A stretch of 64,000 bases of DNA from Tubiluchus corallicola (taxonomy: Eukaryota > Animalia > Priapulida): contig JAQGDQ010000227.1 of assembly GCA_030141605.1 (NCBI GenBank), positions 248,001-312,000 of the forward strand. The letters are read 5' to 3'. The notes under the pieces were generated by a model. The model ran no database searches, was not told where the DNA came from, and saw nothing but the letters and a program-made list of their open reading frames with translations. A program made the position numbers and the translations under genes. Shown in pieces: positions 61,948 to 64,000 of the stretch; the first letter of the stretch is position 1, and each line of letters opens with the position of its first letter.

Positions 61948-62270
61948 CAGTGTTCCCTCGCTACTTTGCGGTTTGTTTATCGCCGACTCGCTGTTTCGCG
62001 GGTTTTCAAAAATATTAATGTAAAATATTTATCGCGGTATTTTCGCTGTTTCGCGGGTTTTTGCGGTACTTCGTCTACAGTATTTTTGCACATGCGTAGT
62101 ACGTATTGTACAGTAATAGATTTGATGAATTTTGCGTAAAAAATCATAAAATATTTAAAAACGAAATGTATTTGCGCCCGATTGAGATGCTACTTGCCGA
62201 CGTGAGATTGTACACAAAACACGATTGGTTAATTGATGGAAAGCGACCAACCAGTATAAGTATTGATAAA
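61948..62270. mobile_element. Truncated pogo/Tigger-like MITE (family of 39900-40262)
   Basis: TA|cagtgttccctcgctactttgcgg is the reverse complement of the right end of 39900-40262. Confidence 0.75.
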
Positions 62271-63183
62271 AAACATTTTGTGGTAGTGTTTGAAATGTTT
62301 GGCAGCTATGGGTGTAGCTTTATCAGCATGGGCGCCGGCAGGCGGTACACTGACGCACGTGCGTCCACAGAATTTCTTAAGAAATTTTTTTATGACTAAA
62401 TGAAGTATAACAACCAATTGTTTGTTTGCGCAATCCCCGAGTAGTCAGCTGATCTGCATAGTAAAGTATGTATATCACTATAGTGTCCATTCTCTTATCG
62501 ATTCAGACAAGTTTTTAGCTAACTGTAACTGCACTTCTGCATTTAGGGGCTGGACCCAAGGGACCTGAGCCCCCTTTTCACAGTAATAGTGAAATTATGA
62601 ATCACGAGTTTGAGGTGAATTTGGTCTACTGCAAAATGGTCTATAATGCAGTAAAATTGCGTTTAGCCATGTCTGGTGGGAAAAATTAGCACGCACGCAA
62701 ACATACTAAATTTTGTATGAACAATGGATGGGCTGTAAACTTAACAGTCTCAAATCAGTTTAATGTTTGACTGTCCACATTTTGCTGGATAGATAATCTT
62801 GACACTAAATAAATTAAGCTTAAGTAATGAGTGATCCTCATTGCACTGTATTACGAACTTGCTTTTAAGATATATGACTAGTACAATAGAATACAATGAA
62901 TATTACCTAGGTAAGTGTGGGTAAAACACATTTATTAAAGCAGAATTTTTCATGTTTGAGGAAGTTTATGTACCAGAATTTAGATCTCATTTGAGGTTTC
63001 TAAAATGTCATTAAATACAGAAAAATTTCCAATTTTTTAACCTCTGGAGGCACCCATGTTTATCAGTAACATACCGAAGTGTGTTATTGACAAGGGAATA
63101 AATATTTCAGAGATCTCGCTGCCAAAAACTGAGTAAACACAAGTCTGTTAGTTTAGTTAGTATTATCAGGCATATGAAATTAC

Positions 63184-63305
63184 CTCATCCTCATGTCTAC
63201 ATCGTTATCGTTGTTATGACACATTGAACTGAATTTTGACACGAAGAAATCGTAGCACCTGTGATAAGAAGGCGTGTCCTCCTCGATGTTGGCAAACTTC
63301 ACAAA
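63184..63305 (-). CDS. EFR3: EFR3 coding exon (first in window; upstream exons lie outside the window)
   Basis: ttcag|...|gtaatt boundaries, 122 nt. Encodes FVKFANIEEDTPSYHRCYDFFVSKFSSMCHNNDNDVDMRM, matching the EFR3A/B motif FVKFANIEEDTPSYHRRYDFFVS. Confidence 0.97.
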
Positions 63306-63351
63306 CTGAAACAAAACAAAATACAGCAAGATAACAATCCGGTACTCCAGC

Positions 63352-63470
63352 CAGGGATGTTACCAAAACTGAATTTATAAACCGAAACCGAAATTTATCA
63401 AACATAAGAAACCGATACCGAAACGAAACCGAACCGAAACATTTTCGCAAAACCAGCTATTATTAAAACT
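63352..63470. mobile_element. hAT-like element end
   Basis: cagggatg start (as in the 50151 element) with clustered AAACCG subterminal motifs. Confidence 0.5.
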
Positions 63471-64000
63471 GAGAAAAACAAAATTCTAAAATAATTAAGT
63501 AAAATATTTTGTGTTTTTTGTTTGTTTGTTTTATTTGCTGTGACGCAAAATTGCTGATAACAAAACACAAACATGTTTGATGGAATAGAATCTCAAGTTT
63601 GATGAAATGGGTTACCTAAGAAAAATTAATGTGTTTCAATATTTTTCGATTTAAGTATCCTTAATGATTAACATTTAAAGATCACAATGCTTCATTAAAA
63701 ATAAAAATATTTTATCTTATAGATATTTTGCTGCCTATATTTCATAGTTTATAAAATTAAATGCGATGATTTTGCTCAAATAAATTCAAACCTGGTTTGC
63801 TATTTCGGTTGACTGGGCCCCTGGAGACCCTAAGACTTCACAGTGGTCAGCAATGAACATATGCCGCATTGCTGTGAAAAGCATGTCACAAACTGTTATG
63901 TAAATGAAATTTTCCCTTTATATGAACTAATTTAGCCAAAACTTTTCAGCGGTTTTTGGCATCTAGGAGAAAAGAAAAGATAAATTGGAATAATACTTGT

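Overview
This is AT-rich, repeat-dense animal genomic DNA, probably from a non-arthropod bilaterian invertebrate (inference), and nearly all listed ORFs are spurious or made by repeats. Two real loci face each other. (1) Minus strand, 37122-63305: 16 GT-AG coding exons, 2073 nt in one continuous frame (690 aa + stop), of EFR3, the plasma-membrane anchor of the PI4KA-TTC7-FAM126 complex. Its N-terminal exons lie beyond the window end. (2) Plus strand, 30245-32152: the ancient miR-100 / let-7 / miR-125 cluster, with canonical mature sequences, star arms, CNNC motifs and a Lin28 GGAG loop motif. It probably sits in a long spliced non-coding host transcript with candidate exons upstream. The rest is minisatellites, MITEs (pogo/Tigger-, hAT-, Kolobok- and Helentron-like) and LINE 3' remnants. 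The most unusual signals are two. First, several minisatellites are built from sense-strand splice signals: amplified donors, AG|GT sites, decoy acceptors and branch-point-like motifs, one array starting at the CNNC motif of miR-125. Second, phase-compatible candidate alternative exons would remodel the EFR3 C-terminal tail that docks the PI4KA complex. All coordinates were read by hand and no database searches were run.
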